Shown: in pieces, positions 1 through 15,514 of the stretch
Layout: the number at the start of each line of letters is the position of its first letter
Position numbering within the stretch: the first letter of the stretch is position 1
DNA from: the human T2T-CHM13v2.0 reference genome, Homo sapiens
Length of the DNA: 64,000 bases
Reading direction: 5' to 3' (one strand)
NCBI RefSeq assembly: GCF_009914755.1
Contig: NC_060925.1
The notes under the pieces: model-generated
What the model saw: the letters and a program-made list of their open reading frames with translations, nothing else
Told to the model about the DNA's origin: nothing
Database searches by the model: none
Made by a program: the position numbers and the translations under genes

Positions 1-203
1 AGTTTAAAGCAGAACGCAAATCTTACCCAGCACTTACTGTTAGTTCATGAGACATAAGATAGGAAGTGGACTGAAGGAAGGGAGCATCAGCAGCAAACGA
101 ACAACACCCCAGAGACCTGGGGGCGGAAGGGATGCTCAGGCGAGGCGAGCTCTTTTTGTCCACAGACATCCTTCCTAATGTCGCCTCAGTTTAAAACTCT
201 TGT

Positions 204-531
<328 letters not shown>

Positions 532-1555
532 TCACTTCAGTGTATCAATTATCAAGTTATATATTCCTAAGTATAAAGTCTCAAAACAAAACACATGACC
601 TTGAGTTGCAAATATAATACTATGTGTATATTCTGTCAACTAACTGAAATGAATTCAGTAATTTTATACCAAAACGTCATTTATATCTCTGTATATCCAA
701 AGTAATTTTTCCTTTAGTTTTATGACACAGTCTATAACCTTCAGTAAATTACAGTGAGGAAAAAAAACATAATGACCATCTTACGTGATAGACAAAGTAA
801 TTATCACCACTTTGAAAATACTGTCCGTCACTTCTCCTTAATGTTGCTTTTGTTAATAAAATGCATCTCTGGAGTTGCAAAACCTAAACCAGGCAAAAAG
901 ATGAGTTTGTATTTAAGCAGATCATTTTAATAGAGATAGTACTGTGATCAAAGGAACAACTGAGAGTGTTCTGTATGTATCTTCTGGTCTTGGAGAGGGC
1001 CTACAGTTTCCCTGCACACAAGAGGCCCTCAACAAAAACTCAAATCCTAACCATTTTCCAAAGCTTAACTCAAGTTCTATCTTCCTTGAATGTTTTCCTA
1101 ACCATGCAAACCCACCTTATTCTCAGCTAACCACACAGTCTTTCATCTGAAAGAAGCTGTAGCGCCCATCTATCATATGGTCTCATTTACACAGGAATCT
1201 TTTTCTAATACACCTGACACATAGCCATCAACTCTGCCCAAGTTAGTTAGTTCATCACCTAAGAAGGCAGTGCATTCATCACCTAATAAGGTAGCCCATG
1301 CTACTACACAATAGCTCTAGTGATTAAATCATGCCCTCTGATAGTTCTGAATCAGTAACATCAGGAAGTTTAACTAGAAGAACACTCAAAGTCCCTCCGA
1401 GGACTAAATTCTAAGAGTCAGTTAATTTGCTGACTCTGCCTGACAGCTACCCAGGACGGGATGGAAGGGATGGAAGGACAAGATCCCTGTCCTCAGGGGT
1501 CTCACACCCTAGGGTGCCCCTGTTAACTTGGAAATCTTAGAATGCCAGCATTTAA

Positions 1556-2013
<458 letters not shown>

Positions 2014-3289
2014 AGATTTTTTTAAATTACCATTTTTCTCCGTAGTTTTACCTGTTCCAAAAAGGAAGAAGATAAAAGTTCACTTTTAAACACACTAATG
2101 CTTGCAGGGATGACAAGGAAAGCAAGTGCATATTGCCAGAACCCTGTTCCATGAAGGTAGGTGTCTCGATGTACACTTCTCTCCACCTTCCTCAACACCT
2201 CCCAGGGTGCTACAGCAAGGGAAGTACAGATGTGCTAAGCCTTTGCTATTGGAATAACAAAGAGCGTAGTAAGATGAAAGCAGTGTCTCTTGAAACTCTC
2301 CTAGGGCCTTGTTCCTCATTCCATGCACATATCCTGTGCCGACTCAACATCCCCTCTGCTCCACAGCTTATCTCAGAAAGAACTAAGTTACGGTGCCAAG
2401 CTAAGAGGATGAATTTAGAAAGCTTCACATAACCAGACGCACAGCGACAGCAGCCATCAGACATCACCCAGATTTAACTGCCCTAAAATTAGCAGTCAGA
2501 GCAAAGTAGTTACTGCAATGATTGCGTCAGAGCTATTCTGACTGGCAAACTGCCAGTTTTAAACAAATTGTCCTGCTTTCTCTACCAGGGAAACAATATT
2601 TTGGAACAGAGCCAGCTAAGCATTTCAGTGAATGTTCAAATTCTAGCTTCTCTATTAATGTTGTATAATTCAATGACAAGGTGAACAAAGTCTACATAGG
2701 CTACATCTGCAAGGGTGTTATTTTCTTTGTTGTAAGCACTTATTCTTTGGGTGAGTAAAGTACTGTGGATGAATCCTTTTAAATATTTAAATGCCTGAAA
2801 TGTATTTAGGGATTCACATTCAACTGGCTTAAACAAAGATTATGCAAATCTAGCAAAATATAAATGCAAAACAAAAATTGTTTTCCTCTTATATTTCTTT
2901 TAATCTTGGCAAAGACTCGGGCTAAAAAAAATGTTCTCTGCATGATCACAGAAGGACCCACTCACTTCCCAACAAAGAATATATAACCTGATTCAATCAG
3001 TAAAACTGCTACCTCACCACAAATTACAAAATTTCTAGTTAATAACAGACAATTCACTGGCTGAGAGAACAGGGCAGTTTTTAGACCAGAACAATGAGCT
3101 CATTAGCCCAACCCTCAGCCTCCACTTCCCCCTTTCAGTGATAGTGAGTCGGTAATTCCGCCATTCTTATATGCACACACCTTCTTTAGTTCCCTCCCTC
3201 TCTCCCTTCTTCCTTTCTGTCTTTTCATTCTTTCCTTTCATCATGATTTATTGAAACCTACCATACCTTACAAGTGAGCTGTAGAATAA

Positions 3290-3465
3290 AGAACACTATA
3301 GCTGGAACCAAGAGAAATGGGTTTAAAACATAAGGACTCAGATTCAGAAAACCACACTTTCATTAAACCTTAGTTTTTGTATCTGTAAAAGGGAAAAAAA
3401 TCCCACCAGCCTTATAAGGTTCTCGTTAAGTATACATGAGAGAACACAAATGAAAGTTCAAGCAC
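3290..3465 (+). mobile_element. MIR remnant
   Basis: Degenerate MIR core (aaaccttagtttttgtatctgtaaaaggg ... gaaagttcaagcac). Confidence 0.55.
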
Positions 3466-3567
3466 GGTAACATTTTACACTCGCCTTTAAGAATATCTCT
3501 CCCCAATTCTTTACTCTCTTCATAAATCAACATTAGTCTCCTTCACTTATTCTTGTCATTTAAAACA

Positions 3568-3857
3568 TTTTTTTTTTTTTGTGACAGGGTCTCACTCTGT
3601 CACACAGGTTGGGGTCCACTGGCACGATCAGCCCACCGTAACCTCGAACGCCTGGGCTCAAGGGATCGGCCCTCCTCAGCCTCCCCAGTGGCTAGGTCGA
3701 CAGGTGTGCACCACCACACTCGGCTCATTTTAAAATTTTCTGTAGAGATGGGGCCTTGCTTTGCAGTCCAGGCTAGTCTCAAACTCCTGGGCTCAAGCAA
3801 TCCTTGCCTCAGCCTCCCAAAGCACTGGGATTACAGGCATGAGCCACTATGCCCAAA
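3568..3857 (-). mobile_element. AluJ
   Basis: Diverged dimer with J-type features (gacagggtctcactctg, ctcctgggctcaagcaatcc); TSD TAAAACATTTT. Confidence 0.9.
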
Positions 3858-5154
3858 TTAAAACATTTTAAATGGGAAAAATGACCTATTATTCCAAACA
3901 AATGAGTTACAACGATCCTCAAATAAAATTGGTTGATAAATTGGATGCTTCTACTATCATGTATGCCTTGCTTACAGCACTTATCACAGCATACCTTATA
4001 CACAAATGTAAACAAATAGGAGTTAGAATGACATCCCTCTAATGTCATATTATAAGAACTAGCACTACGTTAAGATATTAAAGATAAAAGACTTTTACCA
4101 TATAAAATTAAGACTATGGCTACTGAGCACCTACCACATTTAAGGCATAAATAATATCCTCATGTACTGAGTCAACAAAAGATGCACTATACAATACTGA
4201 TGGGGTTTTTAAACATCATGATTTCCTGTAGAAATGAACCCTGCTAATGGACTGAGAGCTAAAGGACTACAGACAGTACTACACAATTCAGAAATCCTTT
4301 CTGTTCAGTAAGCTTGATTAAGCCCCAGCCAGGGCTTTTAAGTCAACTGCAGCCTCATGGGATTCAAATAGGGCTATGCAGGCATCAGCACAGATGAGAC
4401 TTTGAAACCTGGGAAAGGTGTGAATCATACTCTCTCATGAAAGGCGGCCACCTAAGGGTGCCCAGGCTCCCAGGAACCACACCCCTCTGAATGGGGCTAT
4501 AAAGTTCTTGATGTAACAGATGGAACACAGTCCCTCTTCAGAAACTTCCACATTTTTACCAGTTCCATATCAGAGTTCAATCACAGGTCATTTCAAACGA
4601 CCCAGGAAAGGCATAAATGAGGTATAAACTGTTGTTCAAGATAGATCATGTACAATAGAAATAATGATTAGAACTTGCTCAACAGTATTTAGTTCAACAA
4701 AAGCCAAGATAAAGGAAGTTCTTTTACGTTCAACCCACAACTCCCAATCATTTCTTTAACAAATATTTGTTTACTGTGAGCCTATTATGTGGCAAAAACC
4801 ACCTAAGTGCAGGGAATACAGCAGTAAACCAGAAATGTCCCTGCCTGTTTGCTGCTTATGTTCCATTATTAAAATCGAACAGGAGGATGGGTGGGGGTGG
4901 ATGGTGCTCGTTTAGCTGGAAGTTACTGGAGATACAAGAGCAGGGCTCCCTGCTGTCTCTCCTCACTCATTCCCAACCCACTAACGGCTGGGAAGCCAGG
5001 CATTCCTTGCACTACGGGTGGCTGTGTGCTACAGTTCTGGCCAATCACATACAGACAGAGCTAGGCTGTCAATCTGAACTTTTAACATACCCTGATCCTG
5101 GGAATGCTTTCGTCTGAGTGTGATAGTATGATGCTTCTTAAACAGCTGAGTTCA

Positions 5155-5480
<326 letters not shown>

Positions 5481-8400
5481 TTAGAAACTTTCTAAGGAGA
5501 ATAGCATCGCCATTACATTAACCTCCTACCCCTCAATAAATGAAACCCCAAACCAAGACCCACAAGCAATTCTGGAAGAAAACAGGCCAAAGTCAGAAAT
5601 GTCTTCGGGAAAAAGAATAAATACACAGTAAATATAAGGCCCATCAAGAGTGGAGTTTGTCTTCCGCTTGCCTCACAAGACCCTACAGGCTCCCTAGAAA
5701 TTCCATTTCTCAACTGCTATAAACTCTAACCAGTGATAGTACAACAGTGGTCTCTACACAGGGGCCACACATTTCAAAGATACAAATGCCCTTGAGATGC
5801 AGAGAAAATACTTCTACATCTATTTATTTTTAATATTAATCTTCTTAAAATGTACATTTGTTTTATGTCCATAATATCTTAGCACAGTAAAGTATATGTT
5901 TATACATACAGATATATTATACATATACACACACACAAACGTGCATGCAGATATGTATACATGTATACGCATACATACATGAACACTTAGACAATTGTGT
6001 ATAGATGGGATGCACGTTGAAAAAAGTTTGAGAACCTTGAGAACCTGCTAAAAAGAAACCACTGTTTCTTGCATTAGGCCATTTAAACACCTGAAACAGG
6101 TAGCATTTGCCCTGTACAAAGAATCAAAACTATAATTCCTAAAATTACTTATTAGAAACTTCAATACGGAGAGGACAGTATCCCAAAGCTATTCCTGAAC
6201 AATGTGAATACCCACTGTTCAACAAGGAACCAAATGTGTTATCAAAACCACCTCCAGAAGACAGTGAAAGTAGTTATGCTGACTTCACAGGACACTATGT
6301 CTTAAGCATTAACCAGAACTTTCTTTTAAAACTCCACACAATAGTTCATCTCAGCAGACATAATCTTTTATTCACCCAGGAGTTCTTACTTTCCACAATA
6401 ACAATTTTTAACACTGGCTCTTTACCTAGATATTTTTACTTAAGAGTTTGAATAAACTACCAGATAGCTTACTTCGGACTGTTCTGATTTCTTGAGGAAC
6501 TCAACTAAATGGGGATATTTCTCAGAAGATTAAGCAAATATGTAGAAGTGAAAAATATGGAGTAATCTAATGGGCAGAGTTCAAGACACCCCTTTTGGCT
6601 AAATGTTTATTAGTAAAATAGGAAGAGAAGTATATCAACCAATTAAAACAAAACCGGAAGAGACTGTGGTGTTCTTCCCCACTATCTGAAAGCAATTCAA
6701 CACAAGAGAATACCAAACCAAAAAATAAGCTGAAGAAAGTCCAACAATATTCTGATTTTTCCTAGAAGCACTGCAGTTCCTAAGGCCTCCGGAGGTCACA
6801 GATCACAGTGTGACCCTAGTGTCTCAATCCAGTCAGTCATTTAACACATTTTCTTAATCATATGCAGAAGAGAGTGCTCGTTACTAGGGACACACTGAAA
6901 ATGAACTCATTATTACTCAGCATAACTTGGTCAGTAGAACCAGCAAAGGAGGTTTGACACACTCTTTCAGGATATCCATGTGGAAAGGTGGAGCTATATG
7001 GGCTAGTTATAAGATATGAAGAGCATTAGTAGTTAACTATAACCGAGAGTGTGACTCCTTGTAAGCCTCGAGGGAAGCTTCCAGAGACACACTTCGTGTT
7101 GTTCAGCCAGTTTAACAATTTCATCACCGGCTTAAGTAAAGATATAAAAGAGTCTGATCTAATAATGTACAGACAGCATTTCTTTGGGAGGACAGGTAAA
7201 GGTGCCAAATAATATAATCAAATTCTAAAAAGCATGATGGAAAGAATCAGCTAAAATAAAGCAAAACCACAGCGCAATAAATGTTAGGTTTTGCAATGAC
7301 ATCAGCGCAAGATGGAAAGACGAGGTTCAATGGCAGCATGTGATTAACGGCTCGGCAGGTTTTAGCGAAAAGGAAACTCGTTGAGTCTGGCCACCAGAAA
7401 AGTAAATGCAAACTTGGACTACATCAGTGCAAGCAACATGCAACCTATGACAAGACACTCCTGCTGTACTCTACACAGGTCATGTTCACGGGTCACGTTA
7501 CACCAAGAGCCCAACTCTGACAGAGACTGAAGGATTTGTTCTGTAGGCCACCAAGGCAGTAGAATTTGAATAAACAAGCAGAATCAGATTTCAATTCTAT
7601 AGGCCAAAAAACTTTCTAGTACTCAAAACCATTAAAAGGTGGAAATCACCACCCGTTACTTGCAATGTTCAGGTATTACCGGAAGACCACTTACAGAGAT
7701 TATATAAAAGGATCCAAATATCAAAGAAGGGTTAGTTGAGCTACTCAGTGATTTCTAAACCCCGGTCCTTAGTGAATTTTTCATTGACCCATGCAAAAGA
7801 AAAAAGTGTCTGTGTGGGGATAGATATAAATCCACGAGTGGGGTAATTTTAACACAGCTCCTCTCTGGATAGGAAGAACTCTCCTTTAAGTCTGACAGCA
7901 TACATATTCTTCCCCCTTTCCCCACCTTTTCTCTTTTTTGGTACATCAAAAGGATTTTGACGAAATGCATTGACAATAGGTAGTAACTGCTGTTGTCAAT
8001 TTTAAACACACTTATGTAGCAACATTAAATGCTGACATATCTGACAATCCCTAATATTTGCTTTTTTTTTTTTTTTTCATTTTACAGGTAGACGAAAACA
8101 AAAGGTATAGGAACAACATGACGAGACAATCTTTAAGGTCCTTTCTGGCCCAAAGGAGCATGACAACTAGACTCGACTTGCTGCATATTTTCTTCCTTCC
8201 TACCACCCAACTTGGCTATCTAGTACTGGGGGAGAAGAACGAACCAAGGAATTGGGTTGCACTAAATATGAAATCTCTCAAGAAGCAGAACCTCAACAGT
8301 GAGTCAAGATCTGGCTCCCTTCTACAGCTGCTGTTCTTTGGAACCAAAGTTTATGAATCCAGTTCAGAAAGGATCAAAATAATCTATGTCTAAAGTTGGG

Positions 8401-9974
8401 AAGCTTTTAAATTCCTACCACATTGTTACCACACTTTTAAAAGGAGTCACAGCTACATGCAACTGGAACACAAAAAGCAATTTCTGAATCATTGATTTCA
8501 AGGTAAACCAAGTAGCTATGACCCTCATGCAAAGCATTCACATACAAACTTACTATAGGCCAAGGCAAAGAAATGACATAATCATGAAAAATATAAACAT
8601 CCCAGTCAGACAGGCATTTTCATTACTCTAATGCGTTCGTCTTAAACCTTAAAGAAACCCCAAATTTTGGTGCTGAAAGGGATCATGAAAATAGTTTCAT
8701 CCAAATTCATTTGTGACAGGTGGTAGAGGCAGGAAGCTCAAGGTTCCTGTCTGTGCCTAAAGCTTTTTCTACTCTCACTCTGCAAATGAATTAGGCACAT
8801 TAACAGAAGTAGAAAACCTAGAACATGGTTCACTATTCTCTAGGACTGTACTTTGTATTTCATTGAAGTTCAAAACAGAAAGAAAAAAAAAAGCAGCTTT
8901 TCAATTAACAATACCCTAGTCTAAATTTTCTTCAAATTCAGTGTGTCTTTAAAAGGATTTGTAATCCTCAACTACCACCATAAATTGATCAGAAGTTCAA
9001 AAACTCAATGCCTTCCTCAATCTCAAAAAATAACGCTGCATTTACCAATTATGGTTGGGGGCAAGGGGCTGTATCCACATAAACACATAGTTCTTTGCAA
9101 AGTATGCAGGAAACACAATCCCTTTAAACTAGTTTCGATGCCCAAACACAGTGCTTTTAAACCAGTTTCAATTACCAAACAACTGGTTTTTCAGGGTAGC
9201 TAGTATTTCCTTACTTTCAGAAATAGACTGCTAATTTCAAAATAATAACCCGCTTCTCCTTTGCCTCAGGTAAAAAGATCCCCAAGGTGGACAAGTGTTT
9301 ACTAAGCTCAGGTATCAAGGAACCCTTCAAAACACCATCCCAGTCTTGCGGGGTGAGGGGGAGAAAAAAAAAAACACCTTCCAAATCCATATTACACAGC
9401 TTTAACTACAGTAAGCATCATAGAAGCCAAATCATGATCTGATAATTCCCTTATTAGACTAAAAGTTACATTCCATACAATTAAAGCTCTTTGAGAAAAT
9501 CTATGATTTCAAAACATAAAAAGCATCTAATGAAAAACATATACTTAAAGCAACTGGGTAAAATCTGTGGCCCATACTAAAAGCCAGAAGCTCCACCCCC
9601 ATACCTGTGATCTAGCTCTTGCTTTTCCGGATCAAGTGCTTACACTGCTTCTTATCCAGGTTCATTTCACCCCATCTATAGGTAGAATGTGGGTACTGAT
9701 AAAAGCTGTTTCTGATTTCATTTCCTACTTCCCAGATGTTTGCTCTGTAGTTTTTCTTCTTTTTCCTTCAGCTATTTATGAATACACTCTAATTTAGAAC
9801 AAATTCAGTATGTCTTATTTTAAGCTGGGCAAGGCACACAATAAATGATAGCTACAAAGATAATTTCAAGATATTTACTCAGCGTATAAATAAGTTTGCC
9901 TACCTAGGCAAGATTTGGACAGGCTGCCGTGATCTTGCTTTAGAATAAAAGTGCTTAAAAACATAACTGGGAGC

Positions 9975-10004
9975 CTGCTGCTGCTGCTGCTGCTGTTACT
10001 GCTG
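9975..10004. repeat. Short (CTG)n/(CAG)n trinucleotide tract
   Basis: ctgctgctgctgctgctgctgttactgctg. Confidence 0.85.
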
Positions 10005-11757
10005 AAACTACGGGCTATTGTGCTTGTCATAAAAGGGCTTGTGCTTAGAAATGAAAAAATCAAACATCCTCTGGGGAGATGTCCCTAACACAATCCCTGG
10101 TATGAATCATGCAGATACTTTAACTGCATCTCTTCCCAAAATGGATCAATGGAATCTTTTAGGAAGAATCAATGTGATTTATACCCAAAACTTAAGAAAG
10201 ACTGCATTTTTCTCATGAATAATACTCTCTTATAACTCTGAATCAAGCAGTGAAATTCAATCAAGCGGTAAACATCTTTTAACTGGAAATATTGTCTAAA
10301 CAGAATGACAAAACTAACAGAACTCTGAATTCTTTAAATAAGTCCAAACATGAAACAAGCATTCTTAAATGATGTAACTAAATACAGTAACCAAGTTGTC
10401 TCTTGAAATTCAACTTTGGGAATGCCAAAAATAATAGGCCACCTCTCAATATCCGCAAAAATATCGGTATGTGTAGATTTTCTAGGAAAGCAATAAAAAG
10501 CAACAGTTTGGGAGATCTTTTTTCTTCAATTACTAATTGTAACACTAGAAAAATTACAACCTAGGCTGCACACAAACGCGACTCAAATGGGCAGTTTACT
10601 AAATGTCTGTCATAAGAAAGCCATCTAGTGTTAACGTTTAGAATGGAGACTGCAGACAAAAGAGGCAAAGAAAAGAAAAATCTGTGCGACTATTTTGAAC
10701 TTACTGGGCAAAGACATGAGAATCACCAAGATTCTTTGAGGGTTTTTTTCCTTGTTTTTTTTAAAAAAAAGCCATCCTTGTCAAAACCCAGTCTCAATCT
10801 AACCAAAATCCAAAATGTCTACAATTTTGTTTTGACCAAAATCATGTTTTGGTGAGCACAATTCCGTAACCAATGCACTTGATTTTTTCCAATACTCAGG
10901 CCAGAGTCATCTTGGGCTGAATTAATTTAACTCAAGCAGGTTAATGATGACAAATATCTCCCACAGGGGTAATGCCAAGTTGTTCTCTCTTTCCGAGAAG
11001 CCTCGGCTCTCTCTTGCAGATGATGAGCCGAAATTGATTCTTTGGGTTTGCGGCACGGCTGAAAATTAATCTGTAGGTGTTCCCAGGGATATTCCCAGGA
11101 CGTGGGCAAACTACCCTCACTGACACGGGAAGACCCGGAGAGGCCCAGGAGCTGGCAAAGTGGGAAGAAAGGTCGCGGTGAGTGAGAAGAGCGCTCGCCG
11201 GAGGCTCCCGGTCTTACAAAGAGGGATCCGTCCCGGTGAGGGCGCGCGCTCCGGGCGCACCCCCTCTAGAAGGGGAATTAGCCCCGCAGCAAGTTCGGCG
11301 TCAGCTGGCCAGGCGCGCCGGGGAAGCTGCGTCGGGCAACCGCGAGCCCTTCCAGAGAGCGTTAGTCAGAGCGAAGTTCTGGGCACCTGGAGAAGACCCT
11401 CCTCAGTGCCTGTGTCGCCGAGACGGGAATAACCTTTCAGCCGATCGATAACTTGGAGAGAACAGGCGGCGGCGGCTCCTCTTCCAGCCGGGGATCGGGA
11501 GCGCGGGCGCATCTGCGTCTACAAGCCGGACCCTGCGCCGCGACCCTCGCACCCCCGCGCCCCTCGCACCCCTCGCCGCCGTCAGCCCCCCAAAGCGCCC
11601 CGAAGGGCATCCCCTTCCCCTTCGGGACAGTCCCCGCCTGGCCGCAGGCATCCCGAACCGACCCTCGCCACGCTGCCCGTCGGATTCCCCGACACGAACC
11701 TTCGCAACGCCGTCCGCCGGAACCTGCTACAGCCTGTGCGCGCCGGGCGGCGCGTAC

Positions 11758-11970
11758 CCGGGCTGCCGCCTCGCCGCCCGCCGCTGCCCGGGGCTGCCCA
11801 TCGGCCCGGACTCTCCCCGCGCCGGGCTCCGGCGGAGGCGGCCCGGACCCGCTGGCTGCGGCTGGAGCTCTCGGCCTGCGCTCGGGCGGCCGGCGGGGGC
11901 GCGGTGCTCCTCCTCCGTCCTCCTCCTCCTCTCGCTCCGCCAGCTCCTCCCGGGCTCCCAGTCTGCCGCG
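11758..11970 (-). other. CEMIP2: Putative non-coding first exon (5' UTR) of a minus-strand gene, tentatively CEMIP2 (TMEM2); TSS approximate (~11910-11990)
   Basis: Minus-strand GGAGGAG-rich leader downstream of the CCAAT/GC boxes, ending in donor GCAGCCCGG|GTACGC (GT at 11757-11756). No coding exon follows in the 11.7 kb downstream, consistent with a long first intron. Gene identity is recollection of the mRNA 5' end, not a search result. Confidence 0.55.
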
Positions 11971-12006
11971 CCGGCTCCCGATGCCACCGCCCGCCCGCCC
12001 AGCGGC

Positions 12007-12080
12007 ACCGCCCCCCGCCCGCTCTGCGGGCTCCCATTGGTCGCTGCCTGCAGGCCCCCTCGGCCCCGCCCCACGATTGG
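12007..12080 (-). promoter_or_regulatory. TATA-less core promoter module: two CCAAT boxes (NF-Y) alternating with two GC boxes (Sp/KLF)
   Basis: ATTGG at 12036-12040 and 12076-12080 (CCAAT on minus strand, 40 bp apart); GGCCCCGCCCCAC at 12062-12074 and CCGCCCCCCGCCC at 12008-12020; all lie just upstream of the minus-strand exon. Confidence 0.75.
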
Positions 12081-13517
12081 GCGCGGACGCCGTCAGTCTC
12101 ACCGTCCGCCCGGCTCCGGGCGCAGCCGGTGCGCTGTTCCCAGGCCCCGCGGCGCGCGGGAGCTGCGCGTCCAGGAGGGGCCCGGACGCCCTTCTTGGGG
12201 AGGGGGCTGCGGGGCGCATCATGAGCGGCGCTGGGCGAGCTCGAGGGCCGGGCAGCCTACCTGGACCCCGGCTTCTAGAGAGCCGTCGCCGTCCTTGTCG
12301 AGACTCGCTTTCGCCCCTCTGAGGAATAAGTTAAAAACCGCGAGTCTGGTTCTGAGCCGCCCCCTGGCGCAGGCGCGACCCCACCCGGCCCTCCCGTCTC
12401 CCAACTTGGGACAGACGCGGCGGCCGGGCGGTCGGATCCGTGAGCCTCGGCCGCTGGGGCTACATACACAGCCCAGGACGCCACAGAATCGCCGAGGCCC
12501 CGCGAACGCCCAAACGGCCGCAAGTCGAAGTGATCCCATCTGAAGAAGACAGCGCGAGGAAGCGAGACCCTGCTGTGTGCCGGCCCCCGGAGGGCGCCCC
12601 GGGCCCTGTGGGTCGGAGGGTGGGGAAGCACAGAGAAACACGCAGGCAGTAAAACGTTAGGAGGACAGGGGGTGCCAGCGTGCAGGAAATGCTGCTAAGA
12701 GACCTTTAGGAGCCAAGGGGAAAACGGAGAGATTGGCAGTTCCAGGCACCCACATCCCAGCGCGGTCCGCTCACCCCTTCCTCCCTGCCCTCCAGGCAGC
12801 GCTCAGCCCACGGTAGAAATGTCTTGCATCTTTTTTCCGACGAGGAAGAATTGAACTTTTTATACCCAACTTTTCTGCTTTCTTAGAAATGTTGACTCAC
12901 CTGTGAGGAAGCATTATTTGAAACTATTATTGTAAATTGCTTGACATTTGAATTAGATGCTGAAAGATTAAAGGGTCTCAGAAGAATCTTTTAAGCTAGA
13001 CTGGAATTGACTCTGCCTAAATGGACAGCAACAGTCATCTATACGCAGGAATAATAAAGCAGGTGGAGGCAGCCTCTAACTTACCTTCCAGCCACACCGT
13101 AGAATTTCCTGAGCAGGCTTTTTTGTCAGAGTTTTGAGCTGGGTTCCCTGAGACTGGATTGGGGCTTTCAGTTTCTCCCCTTCTAGAGTCAGACTTCTTC
13201 CTGAAGAAAAAGTGTTATCTCTACTTCCCTATCACAAACACTTCCTAGAACACAGCCCTGTTAAAAGGTAAATAGAGGCGGTCCTTCCCACACTATATTT
13301 CTCTGTGATCTGAAGCATGTACACATTATACAATCTTTCGTATCTTTTTAAATTATAGGTATAATCTGTGGGATTAGATATAACTAAACAGGTCAAGAAG
13401 CAATCCTGTGACATAATACAATTCCTGAGCACTCCAGGTTTTGATGAGTTTCCCAATTGTCACCCCATTATCAGCATTTACAAGATTGTCATGTATTCAT
13501 TTAACAAACATTTATGA

Positions 13518-13915
<398 letters not shown>

Positions 13916-15124
13916 TCAAGAGCTCACCAACTCACAGGTGTATCCTCATATGTTGTAGATACTCTACAAGAGGTATCAATGTTATCTCCTGTGTACTCAA
14001 CAAAACCCTGCAGGAGGAGCAGCCGTGAAGGAACTTTTCCTGGGAGTGCCTAGGGAGGACATGATCACATTTCACCTTATTGCGTGTTTCATTGTCTATA
14101 AGGGCCTTGAGGAGAAGAACCACATCTCCTCCAGCATTTTGATCCCTAAGGCACAAATCCACTACAATCCGGAGCAGATCCTTGGTCAGTGGGTTGTCAT
14201 TGAGGTGGGTCTTAACTGCTGCAGCTACAAATGTACACTGTCTAATAGATGAAGAGGAACCCATCCCTTTGATGTGTTCCTTAATATCCAGTACATAATG
14301 ATCATATATGGAAGGAAGTCTGACCAGACACTCTTCGATGACGGTGTTAGCCACAATTCTCACTCTCTCACCTTCCCATCCCACTTCTTGTGCTTTCCAA
14401 ACTAAAATTGAAATATCCTAAGCCCCACTACCAAGGTTGGCAGTATTTTTTTTAATGCCTGTAATTGATTGTGCAGAGTAAATATTTGTGTACGTTTATG
14501 AAGGTCCGTGGGAGTTTCTTACTTTCCCAGAACTCCACGTCACATGAGGCTGGCCTTCATCGGAATGTTCCTGCTTTCAACAAACAGGTCCTGAGTGAGC
14601 CCCTTTGCTGTGCAGAACAATGGTGATACATACAGGCGAGAGCAAAACCCACGAGGTGTCCACCTCACGGCCGACCACAAGAGATCCTCAAGAGACACAT
14701 CTCAGGAATGATTCTGAACCTTCTTCACCAAATAAAATATTCCAGAAATAGTATTAGATTTAATGTGTGTGTCCCTCCTTGCTGGTCTTCCTAGCAGCAG
14801 CCTTCTTGTTTCTTGCCTTTTTAGGCAAACAGCCTGAAACTTAGCACAGACGGTGGAATTGCAGCACCTATGAAGATATCACTGCATCCTTTTTGCCTCA
14901 GGACATCTTACTGAAAATCATTCTATGTTAAAGCTATACATTTTGCTGAAATTTTGAAGACAAACATCAATGGTGAATTATAAACTTGTATTTGCCTAAA
15001 GGCTAGTGTGAACTTATCACTTTCGCCTTCCCCCAGGCCAAGATTTTCCCTCCCCTTGTTGCCCAAGCCTCACTTTCTATCCCTCAAAATTCTTCTTTCT
15101 CCTGTGAATTGCATCGTGTTCTAG

Positions 15125-15514
<390 letters not shown>

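Larger units (their letters stand above)
11150..12800. promoter_or_regulatory. CpG island / promoter of a minus-strand gene
   Basis: Abrupt switch to very GC-rich, CpG-dense sequence against an AT-rich, CpG-depleted background; contains GC boxes and CCAAT boxes. Confidence 0.95.

Noticed and set aside
7100-7560. Possible CR1/L3 remnants (also ~58130-58400)
   Set aside because: Resemblance too weak to set family or boundaries without an HMM search.
11160-12652. Many long overlapping ORFs (up to 289 aa) on both strands
   Set aside because: Ala/Gly/Pro/Arg-rich products in nearly all frames are the expected result of stop-codon scarcity in a CpG island; no recognisable domain.
13932-14384. 150-aa minus-strand ORF upstream of the CpG island
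   Set aside because: Non-ATG start, no homology I recognise, no poly-A or TSD indicating a processed pseudogene.
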